A stretch of DNA of 47,909 nucleotides from Callorhinchus milii (Eukaryota): positions 1 to 47,909 of the forward strand of contig NW_024705403.1 in the NCBI RefSeq assembly GCF_018977255.1, given 5' to 3'. Position 1 is the stretch's first letter. Each line of letters begins with the position of its first letter. The position numbers and the translations under genes were made by a program. The notes under the pieces are model-generated. The model was not told the origin of the DNA and searched no databases. It worked only from the letters and a program-made list of their open reading frames with translations. Positions 1-10,396 of this stretch are shown here, in pieces.

Positions 1-159
1 TAGGAGGGAAAATGGGTCTGACTTCAATCAAATGTACTGCAGTTTTTTTAGCTTCTGAATTCCATCGAAAAATAGTTTTTTCTTAAAAAAAAGTTTGAAC
101 TTTGCAAGAAAAGGTTTGGTGAAAGCTCACAACTAACTCACTGAATTATACCTTATGCA

Positions 160-268
160 GAGTTTGTCAAACTTGCTTAGAATAATAACTCCTGAATGGG
201 ACTCGGGCTGATGTACGACTTTGGCGATTATATGATTTATACAGATCAGACTTATACGAGTTTTACTG
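160..268 (-). mobile_element. Terminal fragment of a putative Tc1/mariner-superfamily non-autonomous DNA transposon
   Basis: Reverse complement starts CAGTAAAACTCGTATAAGTC and aligns over ~105 nt with 34938-35046, where the same end follows a TA dinucleotide. Confidence 0.55.
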
Positions 269-374
269 TGTACTGAGTTTACATCTATGTATGTGTGTGG
301 ATGGGGATATAAAACAAAACCAATTCAAACTGGTTAGGTATTTAGCAAATGAATCGGCAGGATCTGGAAGGGCA

Positions 375-470
375 GATCAGGCAAGTTTTCTTACTCCATA
401 TGTCTCTGTTTACCCGCCAGTAAGTAGGAACCTGGTGGTTAGTCGATTGGCGGATTGCTTTTCCAGGGGT
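375..470 (+). mobile_element. SINE fragment (middle segment of long subfamily)
   Basis: ggcaagttttcttactcca...agtaagtaggaacc...gtcgattggcggattgctttt matches the middle of full copies such as 2365-2733. Confidence 0.75.
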
Positions 471-474
471 CTCC

Positions 475-1030
475 ACTTGTTGCCTCTAACGGTTTCTCCT
501 CCAGCCCCCGCGCTGTCACATCTGGAGTTCCCAGGCTCTGCCCTTGGCCCTCTCCTCTTTGATATCTACATGCTCCCCTCGGTGTCATGATCCACAGACA
601 TGGGGTCAACATCCATATGTATGCGGATGACAACCAACTCTATCTTTCTGCTCCCACCCTCAGCCCCAAGACCACTGCTGTCTGCCTCACCCTCAGCCCC
701 AAGACCACTGCTGTCCTTCAGAGGATCCAGTTCAAGATCCTGCTCCTCACCTTCAAAGCCCTCCACGGCCTCACCCCACCCAACCTCTGTGACCTCCTAA
801 CCCCCTACCAACCCGCCCGCTCCCTCCGCTCAGCCGGCTCCGGCCTTCTCCACGTCCCCCGGCCCACCATTGGCGGGAGAGCCTTCAGCCACTCTGCCCC
901 CAACCTCTGGAACTCCATTCCCCAATCACTCCCCCTCGCCCCCTCCTTAGCCTCCTTCAAGTCCCACCTCAAGACCCTCCTCTTCGACCATGCCATCGGC
1001 CACCCCCCTTTCCTTCCCTTCTCCCCCCCT
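475..1030 (+). mobile_element. L2 LINE 3' fragment with internal deletions
   Basis: Translations GSALGPLLFDIYMLP, HGVNIHMYADDNQLY (RT YADD) and RIQFKILLLTFKALHGL...GGRAFSHSAPNLWNSIP...FKSHLKTLLF, typical of the L2 ORF2 C-terminus. Confidence 0.9.
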
Positions 1031-1402
1031 TAACCCCAGCTCGAGTCCCTATACAAATCTAATCTTGTAGTAATAATCCCATTATAAACAATGGTCATAC
1101 GATCCATGACTGTGGGGCACTGCTGTGCATAATTGGCTGCTGCATTTTGCTCACATAATATAGTCAATTCACTTTACGGTATGTTGGGTGAAGCACCTTG
1201 TCTCGAGGTCTCAAAAAGATTATTATTGTTAAATGTGCCTTAGAATCTCAAACCCATTGCTTCTTGAGTCGGCAAAAGAAAGCAAATCTGGTGTAAATGG
1301 AAGTGCACCTCTGACAATGTAGTGCTCCTCCGAGTGTCCACGAGAAGCTTACATCCCAAAATGTTAAAGTAAAGCAGTCAGTCTCTTCTTATTAATGTTA
1401 GA

Positions 1403-1725
1403 AATAATAATAATCCTTGCATTTGATATAGCGCTTTTCACGTCGGGAGGACGTCCCAAAGCGCTTCACAGAACACACTGTAAAGTGAATTGACTGTATA
1501 TTTGTGGGCGAACGCGGCAGCCAATTGCGCACAGCAATGTCCCACAAACAGTCGTGGGTTGAAAATGACCAATTTATTATTGTTTTTGGTTTTTGGAGGT
1601 ATTATTATTAGGCTCTGTGTGGAGTAAGGAAACTTGCCCGAGGTTTCCCCTGACCCCCCGGGGATTGAGCTCAGGTCTCTCACTCGCAAAGCGAGTGCTC
1701 TAACCACTGAGCCACAGGACTCCAC
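1403..1725 (-). mobile_element. tRNA-derived SINE, young short subfamily, full length
   Basis: Minus strand has an A box (TGGCTCAGTGG), a B-box-like GAGCTCAATCCC, core GCTGTGCGCAATTGGCTGCCGCG, an L2-like tail and a (TTA)n end; CpG-rich and nearly identical to 22425, 39221 and 41966. Confidence 0.93.
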
Positions 1726-2364
1726 AATTTATATAACCTTCAATATTGGTCCTTTCCACTTGAAGTACAGCCTTTGGTTTAATGCCTCACCTGAAGGAAG
1801 CAATACCTCAGCCTACTTTCTGTGCACTTTTCTGCTGTTTTCACGGTAGCAGGAGTGTTATTTGCGTATCCGCACGAGCCATGTATTCAGTGGTGTGGTG
1901 CCTGAGGATAGTGCATGTGTGCACTGTGCAGCGCAAACATGCTCAAGGTTACATTTATTTGCATTGTTTGCTGAATTGATCTATTTTGGCAACCTGTACT
2001 GCGTGATCCAAATAAAGCCGGTAATCCCTGTCTTTTATTTGCCTTCCAGCTGACAAGTTTTTTATCAAGCCAATGCCTTTTTTTTGTGGTCGATGGGGAA
2101 GTCCTGAGTGGATTCTTTCTGTGGGCTATTGTGTTCAGTATGACTGCTTTATCAACCTTGCGGGTGTCTTGCCAACTTTTCCCCGCTGAAGGCACTTATT
2201 TTTCCTTGTATTTGATGTACAGTCCCACCAAGTACAAGGAGTGGAGGAAGGCCTATTTGACCCTCAACCCAGAAATCTGAAATCATATTTAGTCCCTCAA
2301 ATAGATGGCAGTCCTCATATTTGATATCGTGCCTATAATATCGAAACTACTCAAAGTGCTTCAC

Positions 2365-2733
2365 GAGTCCTGTAGCATTATGGTTAGAGCACTCACCTCG
2401 TGGCCAAGCGGACCTGGGCCTGATCTCAGGTAGCGAGAAATGTTGGGCAAGTTTCTTTACTCCACGTGCCTCTGTTTCCCTCGCGGTAAGTAGGAACCCA
2501 GTTGTTAGTCGATTGTCAGATCGCTTTCTGGGGTAATAATCCTTCAGAAAATAAAATTAAAACATTATTTGTCACTCAGTCTACAACTGTTTCTGCCGGG
2601 CGCAATTAGCTTCAGTGTCTCGCCCACAATATATACAGTCAATTCACTTTAGAGTATATTCTGTGAAGTGCTTTGAGATGTGTCAACAACATGATAAAGC
2701 GCTACATCAAAACCAAGGATTATTATTATTATA
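2365..2733 (+). mobile_element. tRNA-derived SINE, older long subfamily
   Basis: gagtcctgtagcattatggttagagcactc head, middle gtaagtaggaaccc segment, tail tgtgaagtgctttgaga...ggattattattatt. Confidence 0.9.
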
Positions 2734-2779
2734 ATTGGAGGCATATGTGGGTAGTTGGGTAACTGTGAGAGAAACAGCC

Positions 2780-3020
2780 AATTTATCTGGAGAATTGTTG
2801 CCCTGGATACCTGCAAAATTCCCTTCTCGTTTCCAGTTGCATTGCTGGATCTTTAACATCCATTTGAAGAGGCAGACGTGAGCTCAGCTTAATGCCTCAT
2901 CGACAAGACCACTTTAGCACTCAGGAGCAGATCCGGACTCTGAACGCAAGTTCTGATGTGGGGTTGAATCCACAGCTTTCTGACCGAGAGGTTGAGAGTA
3001 ACTAAATGAGCCAAACTAAT
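2780..3020 (-). mobile_element. Ancient Deu-domain-type SINE relic
   Basis: ggatctttaacatccatttgaagaggcagac...ttaatgcctcatc...ggggttgaatccacagctttctgac resembles the reverse complement of the DeuSINE (SacSINE1/AmnSINE1-type) head and core as recalled. Confidence 0.6.
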
Positions 3021-3189
3021 ATTTGAAATTGCTGTATAAATGACAAAGGAATAAACTGTAGTTACATGGCCTTTCAGGCAGGATGTGGTCTCCAGTCACT
3101 CAATGGGAGTTTCTGTTTCTTTTTTTTCCCCCCACTATCACTCCCCCCTAAAAATAATCTGACTAGAAACTTACAGCTTAATTGCTGTT

Positions 3190-3368
3190 TTGAGCAAGCT
3201 GCGGGCCACAGGTGAGGTAGTCATTTGCTTCAGTGTCTCCAGGTTACTAAGAGGGAAAATCAGGCGAGGCTCGAGATCGTTATTCAAAAACCACCATCAT
3301 CCTCCTGAAGGGGGCACGGCGGTGAGCAACATTTTAGTTGAGGTACCGGAGGGATGCCTGTGGAATTA
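3190..3368 (+). mobile_element. Old SINE-like repeat (second family; also ~11600-11830, ~27040-27170, ~44450-44545)
   Basis: Overlapping motifs (tgagttagctgatctc, aaatcagcc, gaggtaccggaggg) distributed among these four diverged loci. Confidence 0.45.
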
Positions 3369-3712
3369 TGGAGTCCTGTTATTATTATGGTTAGCGCCCA
3401 CCTCGAGAGGACGGGCTTGTTTCCCGGACAGGGCGAAATCTTAGGCAAGTTTTTACTTCTTACTCGACATGCCTCTGCCTACCGAGCAGTAAGTAGGAAC
3501 CCGGTTGTTAGTCTATTGGTAGATCGCTTTCCGAGGGTAATAATTTCTCTACATAAAAAAATTAGTCACTCAGTCCACGATTGTTTGTGGGACTGCTGTG
3601 CAGAATTAGCTGCCACATTTTGCCCACAAAATACACAGTGAAGTATAGCCTGTAAAGTGTGTTAAAACGACTCAACGACATGTTAAGGCCCTATATCAAA
3701 TGCAATTATTGT
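3369..3712 (+). mobile_element. tRNA-derived SINE, long subfamily
   Basis: ggagtcctgtt...ggttagcgc head, middle segment, and tail ending ctatatcaaatgcaa. Confidence 0.88.
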
Positions 3713-3839
3713 TGTGGTCCTCAAGTAAAAGGAAAACATGTGTCTGGAAAAAATGGAGGAAAAGTAGTGAATCACAAACAAATTAATTTAGTTTGCCTTT
3801 CTGTTGGGTGAAGGTGAATTAGTCACCGGTTCCTTGATT

Positions 3840-4345
3840 AATATCTAGACAAGTCTCAGAGGTAGCTTTCAAGGCGTGTCTTGAAGATCGCTGGAGGGGA
3901 TAAGACTGAGGGGTAGAGGAAGGTTCGGGGTATAGCATCTGAAGGCTCAACCGCTGGAGAGTATGGGGGACTGAGTTTGTCCAGTAGAGAGGGTGAGTGG
4001 AGGTATAGTGTAGGCAATGATTGGAGAGAAGGAGGTGATAAGGTATGTAGAGTCCTGTAGCTCAGTGGTTAGAGCACTCGCCTCACAAGCGAGGGCAGAA
4101 TGAGACGTTGGACGTTTCTTTACTCCACACGCCTCTGGTTACCTTGCGGTAAGTCAGAACCTCTGACAAGGTTTGGAGTGCTAGGTGCACGGAGTTTGAT
4201 GCCGGATACGAGAGAGGCAGAGTTTGGGAAGAGTTGGAGATTATGAATAGTGGACTACTACTATTAGAAGAGTCTAAGCAGGAAATAACAAAGACGTGAA
4301 TAGTGTTTTGGTGGCATTGGGTGTAAAATGGGGCAGAGGTGGCAG
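3840..4345 (-). mobile_element. Old L2 fragment interrupted by a SINE head (4050-4155, +)
   Basis: Purine-rich reverse-complement L2 3' motifs (ttcaaggcgtgtcttgaag, tgaaggctc, ctattagaagagtctaagcaggaaat); the SINE head is gagtcctgtagctcagtggttagagcactcg. Confidence 0.55.
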
Positions 4346-4467
4346 ATGTGTTTTGTTGTGACATGATTGCCTATTTAATTTTGGTTATTTGGTTATTAAT
4401 CAAAAAGAAATTTCACTCTTTGGGTGACCGCTCACCTGTACCCCTGTAAATTTAGATAGTCCAAGAT

Positions 4468-5000
4468 AATAATAATAATCCTTGCATTTGATATAGCGCC
4501 TTATCACATCTTCTGGACGTCTCAAAACTCTTCACAGAATATAGTGAATTGATTATGTTTTATGGGAGAAACACAGCAGCCAACTGTCCCACAAATTTTT
4601 TTTGAAAGAATTATCACCCCCGGAAGAGCGATCCGCCAATCAAGTAACAACCTGTAACTCAGGGGTTAGAGCACTCACTTTGCAAGTGAGAGACCTGAGT
4701 TCAATTCCAGGCAGGTCAGGGCCAAACCTTGGGCAAGTTTCCTTACTCCACACGACTAATAATAATCCCTCCAAAACAAAACAATAATAAATGGGTCATT
4801 TTCAATCCGTGACTGTTTGTGGGACAGACGCTGCTGTGCGCAATTGGCTGCCACGTTTCGCCCATAAATATACAGTCGGTTCACTTTACAGTATATTCTG
4901 TGAAGCGCTTTGAGATGTCGAGAAGACGTGAAAAGCGCTGTATCAAATGCAAGGATTATTATTATTATTAACTGGGTTCCTACTTACTGCTTGGTAAACA
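4468..5000 (-). mobile_element. Long-subfamily SINE split by a nested short SINE
   Basis: The outer copy breaks at caagtaacaa (4650) and resumes at ctgggttcctacttactg (~4972). Confidence 0.85.
4651..4969 (+). mobile_element. tRNA-derived SINE, short subfamily (nested)
   Basis: cctgtaactcaggggttagagcactc head; lacks the middle segment; (TTA)n tail. Confidence 0.9.
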
Positions 5001-5685
5001 AAAGTTACTGGCCTGGAAAGTGGGGCGGGTGGTAAGTTTAGATTTGGATTTTTATATGAAGGAAAATGAAAAGAGTGGGGTAAGAGATTTTTTGTTTAAT
5101 AAAAATATGCAAGGATGCTTGTCACTCGTTTCCTGCTGCTCTCGGCAAAACAATGTTGGAGCACAAGTTGACACAAGAGAGTGCCACACTCCTGGAATTG
5201 GCTCAGATGGTTCCAGGATGGCCCTCTGGGAACGTTGCCTGTCCAGTCTTGCATCAGGAAAACAACATAGGAAAGAACATAGGCGAGGAGATCATTCACC
5301 CCACCAAGCCTGCTTTGCCACAGATGATTCCATGGGGTCTTAGGTGTCAGCGAGGCCCAGTCGGCAGCGGTCTTGCCTCCAAATCTAAAGGTTGAGGTTC
5401 AACCTCCACGTCAGGACTTAGTTCAGTACTCCGTTCACCTCCATAGTCGTCACTGTACTTAACAATACATCCTGTGAAGCTCTTTGAGATGCCTTTATGA
5501 CATGATAAGGTGCTAAATAAAATGCAAGTATTATTATGGTACCATCCCAACCCCTAATGCTACTTCCCTACTATCTCACCATATCCAACTCATTTTGCTC
5601 TCATTTTAGAGTTGTCTCCTCCAGTTGATTTCCCGCTTCAAAACCCTATTCTCCTGCTCTTTCCGCACGGTGATTCCAGGTATCA

Positions 5686-6055
5686 ATAGTAATAATCCTT
5701 GCATATAGCACCTTATCACATCTTTGAGACGTCTCAAAGTGCTTCATAGAATATACTGCAAAGTGAATTGACTATATTTTGTGGGCGAATCGTGGCAGCC
5801 AATTGTACACAGCAGTGAGTATCCCACAGACAGTCATGGATTGAGTGACCAAATGATTATTATTCTTTTTGAAAGATTAATTACGCCCAGAAAAGCTTTC
5901 TGCTAATCAACTAACAAGCGGGTTCCCATTTACTGCTAGCTGAAACAGAGGTGAGAGGATTAAGGAAACCTACCCAAACATTGACGCAGCCCGGGTATCG
6001 AACCCGGGTCCTCTCGCATGCGAGGGAGTGCTCTAACCACTAAGCTACAGGACTG
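5686..6055 (-). mobile_element. tRNA-derived SINE, long subfamily
   Basis: Complete head (B box GGTTCGATACC on minus), middle segment and tail. Confidence 0.88.
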
Positions 6056-6672
6056 CAGATCAGTGACACCTGTGGGGGATCTCACACCATTACAGAAGTG
6101 ACGTGATAGGGAGAGAAAGGGCAGGCGAAGGGATCAGAGAGCTCCAGCTGACCCAGAGCCAACCCTGGTCTATATGCCCACATCATCCTGAATTAATACA
6201 GGTTCTCATGGCAGTAATCAAAGACAGCATGCTTGTGTATAATTCTTGCTTTTTAAACAAAGCACACGATTGATTGCTTTACCGTAAGTCTGTGCATTAT
6301 TCATCCATTTTAATGAGCTCGCATATCCATTTAGAATTGCACACAATGGTCCTGCAGTGTTGTTCAACGTTTATGAACACTTTGTCGCATCTCAAGCATT
6401 CTTAAGTTGCTTATCCGATGGATCGTATGAAACGTTATGGTTTGGTGCTCAGACTGAGGGCACAGGGAAGCTATCCGCAGAATGCAGGTCAGTCAAAGTT
6501 AAATAATGTAACATTAGATTGCTAGCCGGAGTATTGGGGATTCTCCGTACGGGTTATTCATTCTGCCTCAGACTTGTACTGTTCCTACCGTACAGTTTGT
6601 TTCAGGCAGCTAGTAATGAAAGTCATCGAATCTGCAGTCTTTGGTCGTCCCAAAGGCTGACTGAGTCTGAGG

Positions 6673-6830
6673 ATAATAATAAGAATAATTCTTCCATTTG
6701 ATTTGGCGCCTTATCACGTCGGTGAGACGTGTCAATCCACTTCACAGAATATATTGCAAAGCAGGTTGACTGTATTTTGGGGGCAAAACATAGCAGACAA
6801 TTGCACACGGCAGTGTCCCACAAACAGTTG
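6673..6830 (-). mobile_element. SINE 3' half
   Basis: Reverse-complement tail and core (gacaattgcacacggcagtgtcccacaaacag). Confidence 0.8.
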
Positions 6831-7084
6831 TAAGGTCCTTTGATTTAATATCCTTTCATTCCCCAAACAGGAGCTCTAATTTCATTGCGTAAAGTTGAAC
6901 TTTGGAAACAGTTGATCTGGTGAGGTTGTGAGTATCTGAGGCCATCCCGGCTCATTGTGGAAGTATTGTGGAAGCCTCCAGAATTTCGCACACATGCGTT
7001 AACAATTTTGTTGTCAGATTCACTACTTGAATAACAGTAGCGCAACTGCATAAAAAGGCAGGGAGCAAAGTCACCTCCACGCTG

Positions 7085-7465
7085 GAGACCTGTAGCATAT
7101 TGGTTCGAGCACCTCACAAGCGAAAGGTCGATTCCCAGTTGGGGCGAAACCTGAGGCAAGTTTCCTTACACCACACATCCCTGTTTACCTCGCAGTAAAT
7201 AGGAGCATAGTTTTTAGTCGATTGTCGGATTGCTTTCCAAGGTAATAATGTTTTTTACAAAAATAATAACAATCCCTTCAAAAACTTACTCCATGGTCAG
7301 TCAATCCGTGACTGTTTGTGGGACACGCTGCTGCACTCAATTGACTGTCGTGTTTGCCTGCAAAATATACAGCTTTACAATTTATTTTACAATATATTTT
7401 GTGAAGCACTTTGAGACGTCTCAATGTTGTGATAAAAGACGCTATATCAAATGCAAGTATTATTG
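7085..7465 (+). mobile_element. tRNA-derived SINE, long subfamily
   Basis: ggagacctgtagcatattggttcgagcac head through gctatatcaaatgcaagtattatt. Confidence 0.87.
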
Positions 7466-8179
7466 TCAGGCATCCACTATTGTTAGCAGAGATCACAAAT
7501 AAGTTCTAATGGTGGTTTGCTTCTAACCAGACGTCTTGGTGTTATGGCAATGCTTACGCATACTTAGAATATTATTTGCTGCAGATAGTCTCCAGAGATT
7601 GTATAAACTCTAATTTTTGTGCTACGTTCTGAGTCTCCAGAAAAACCCACAATTCCAACTTAACAGTGGAATAAAGCTGTTGATGGAGTTTAGACGCGTG
7701 TTTGAATGTGTGGGCGAGATGGCTCTGATGACCTTTGTGTCTTGTGCGCTAATGCTTTACAAATGGGAACAGAAACTATATCGAAAAAAAGGAAACGTAT
7801 TTAAAAAGAGCGGTCGCACAAAGTGATCGATATCTGCCTCGGAAACATACGTGTTGAGTCAAACTTGTGTAGCCCAAAAATTACTTGCAGTCTTAGTCAT
7901 TGCCATTGCCGTAGAATTTATGATGACACAATCTTGGAAAATTGTTAAAGTCATTCCTAAATTGATAACTGTTTTTCTTCAGCTCTTGAATTAGGACTGA
8001 ATTTTTCAAATCAGGAATTAAAATGGTATTGAGGCTGAGAGCTTGAGAAATTTGAGTTTGGGTATGTAAGCTAAACCATGTGAACTTTACAGTTGTATTT
8101 CGCACAGTGTAAAAAAATATATAATTTGTGATTGGCCCATAAAATACTGAATCAACTCACTTTACAATTCACTTCACTC

Positions 8180-8875
8180 GAGAACTGAACGTCACCCAGA
8201 CCGAGGTTCCTGATCGGCTCCCGTCAGCGCCTCCTCACCTCAGGCGCTGACAGCATCACCATCCAAGGATCCCCGGGGGCTCCCCCTCACTGAGCCGGGC
8301 CCGAACCCCGGGGTCTTGTTTGACCCTCAACTGTCCTTTCTACCCACATCCGTGCCATGACCCGCTCTGCCTTCCCCACCTCCGCAACATGGTCCAACTC
8401 TGCCACTGTCTCCCACCGCAGCCCCCGAGACCCTCACATACCCCTTCATTACATCCAGACTCCACCACACCAACTCCCTGCATCCAGACTCCACCACACC
8501 AACTCGCCCCCCAACTCCTCCCTCCATAGGCTGCACATCATCCAGAACTAACCCTGCAGCCCATGTCCTCTCCTATCACCCGCATCCACCCCAACTCCGC
8601 TGGCTTCCCATCACACAGAGGATACAGTTCAAGATCCTGGTCCTCACCCTCAAAGCCCTCCATGGCCTCGCTCCCTCCGACCTCTGCGACTTCCTAACGC
8701 TCTACCAACCTGCTTCCTCCCTCCGCTCAGCGGGCTCCGGCCTGCATCACATTCTCCGCCCTCTGGAACTCCATCCCGCAGTCCCTCCGCCTCTCCCCCT
8801 CACTTGCCTCCTTCAAGACCCTCCTCTTCGACAGCGCCTTTGGTCACCCTCCTACCCCCCCGCCCTCCCCCCCTC
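8180..8875 (+). mobile_element. L2 LINE 3' fragment (deleted lineage shared with 15330-16640)
   Basis: ggggtcttgtttgaccctcaactgtcc (GVLFDPQLS), gaggatacagttcaagatcctggtcctcacc (RIQFKILVLT), ttcaagaccctcctcttcgac. Confidence 0.88.
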
Positions 8876-9109
8876 AGTAGTGTAGCTGGTGTTTGGAGTA
8901 ATGGAACAGGTAAAACTCGGCTAAGTCATTTTCATTGTAAGTGAGTGGGAAGTTTATTTTCCAACTGATCCTTTAAGGCTGATAGTTGGCCGCAGAAAAT
9001 TACAAACCTGTTAAGTCAAGAGATGCAGGATGTTTGAGAACAGGGACTCTATTAAAACACTTGTGTGTGTGTGTATGCGCTCACTCTCATGGGCGCGTGT
9101 GTGCTCGCG

Positions 9110-10378
9110 GGTACATAGGTACAATTTCCCAGTTTGCAGATGATACTAAGCTAGGAAAAGTAGTGAGAGGATAGTAAATGGGCATAGACAGACTGGTAAA
9201 ATGGGCAAAATTGTGGCAGATGAAGCTTAATGTGGAGAAATGCGAAGTGCATTTTGTGAGGAAGAATGAGGAGAGGTGATATAATCATGAAGGGAGTGAA
9301 GGAACAGGGAGACCTGGGGCGTCATATAAGGAAATCTCTGAAGGTGACCGGACAGGTGATAAAGCTGTTAAAAAAGCATCCGGGACACGGGGCTTTATAA
9401 ATAGGGCATAGAATACACACGTCAGGAAGTTATGATGAACCTTTATATAAAACACTGGTGAGGCCTCAGCGAGAGACTGGGGTCAGTTCTGGGCCCCACA
9501 CTTTAGGAAGGATGTCAAGGCATTGGAGAGGGTGCAGAGGGGATTGACCAGAATGGTACCAGGAATGAGGGCCTTCAGGTATCAGGAGAGGCCGGAGAGG
9601 CCAGGATTGTCCTCCTCGGGCAGAGAAGGTTCAGAGGAAACTTAATAGAATTGGGATCTAGAATTCATTGCCTGAAAGGCTGGTGGAAGCTGATTAGATA
9701 AACTTTTAAGAGAGAAGTAGATAATTATTTAGGGAGGACAAGTTTGGAGTGCTATAGGGAGAGAGCGGGAGAATGGGTTGATCAGGGCTATGGGGAGAGT
9801 GGGGAGTGGGGTTGATCAGGGCTATGGGGAGAGTGGGGGAGTGGGGTTGATCAGGGCTATGGGGAGAGTGGGGGAGTGGGGTTGATCAGAGCTATGGGGA
9901 GAGCGCGGGGAGTGGGGTTGATCAGGGCTATGGAGAGAGCGGGGGAGTGGGGTTGATCAGGGCTATGGGGAGAGCGCGGGGAGTGGGGTTGATCAGTGCT
10001 ATGGGGAGAGTGGGGGAGTGGGGTTGATCAGGGCTATGGGGAGAGTGGGGGAGTGGGGTTGATCAGGGCTATGGGGAGAGCGTGGGGGGAGTGGGGTTGA
10101 TCAGGGCTATGGGGAGAGTGGGGGAGTGGGGTTGATCAGGGCTATGGGGAGAGTGGGGAGTGGGGTTGATCAGGGCTATGGGGAGAGTGGGGGAGTGGGG
10201 TTGATCAGGGCTATGGGGAGAGCGCGGGGAGTGGGGTTGATCAGGGCTATGGGGAGAGTGGGGGAGTGGGGTTGATCAGTGCTGTGGGGAGAGAGCGGAA
10301 GGAAGCTCTTTTCAAAGAGCGGCATAGACACGATGGGCTGAATGGCCTCCTGCGATAGTGTATAATTCTATTCTATGA
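9110..10378 (+). mobile_element. CR1 LINE 3' fragment with expanded 3' UTR minisatellite
   Basis: GTISQFADDTKLGKVV (RT), ggcagatgaagcttaatgtggagaaatg, cagttctgggccccacactttaggaaggatgtc; tail gatgggctgaatggcctcct...attctattctatgatt. Confidence 0.92.
9768..10295 (+). repeat. G-rich minisatellite, unit ~28-33 nt (GGGGAGTGGGGTTGATCAGGGCTATGGGGAGAGT)
   Basis: Direct tandem repetition inside the CR1 3' UTR. Confidence 0.95.
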
Positions 10379-10396
10379 TTCATGCGGTGATGGGTC

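Noticed and set aside
1438..1725. Recurring ORF family MESCGSVVRALAL... (also 12571, 22332, 38978)
   Set aside because: These are translations of near-identical SINE copies, not a gene family
5020..5395. Overlapping 107-aa and 80-aa ORFs in unique sequence
   Set aside because: No domain similarity or splice support; such lengths are expected by chance, and the 80-aa ORF runs into a SINE relic
7915..8006. Possible C/D snoRNA (ATGATGA at 7920, CTGA at 7997, weak terminal stem)
   Set aside because: The terminal stem is only A-U/G-U pairs, C'/D' boxes are unclear and there is no recognisable rRNA/snRNA antisense element; snoscan or Rfam would be needed
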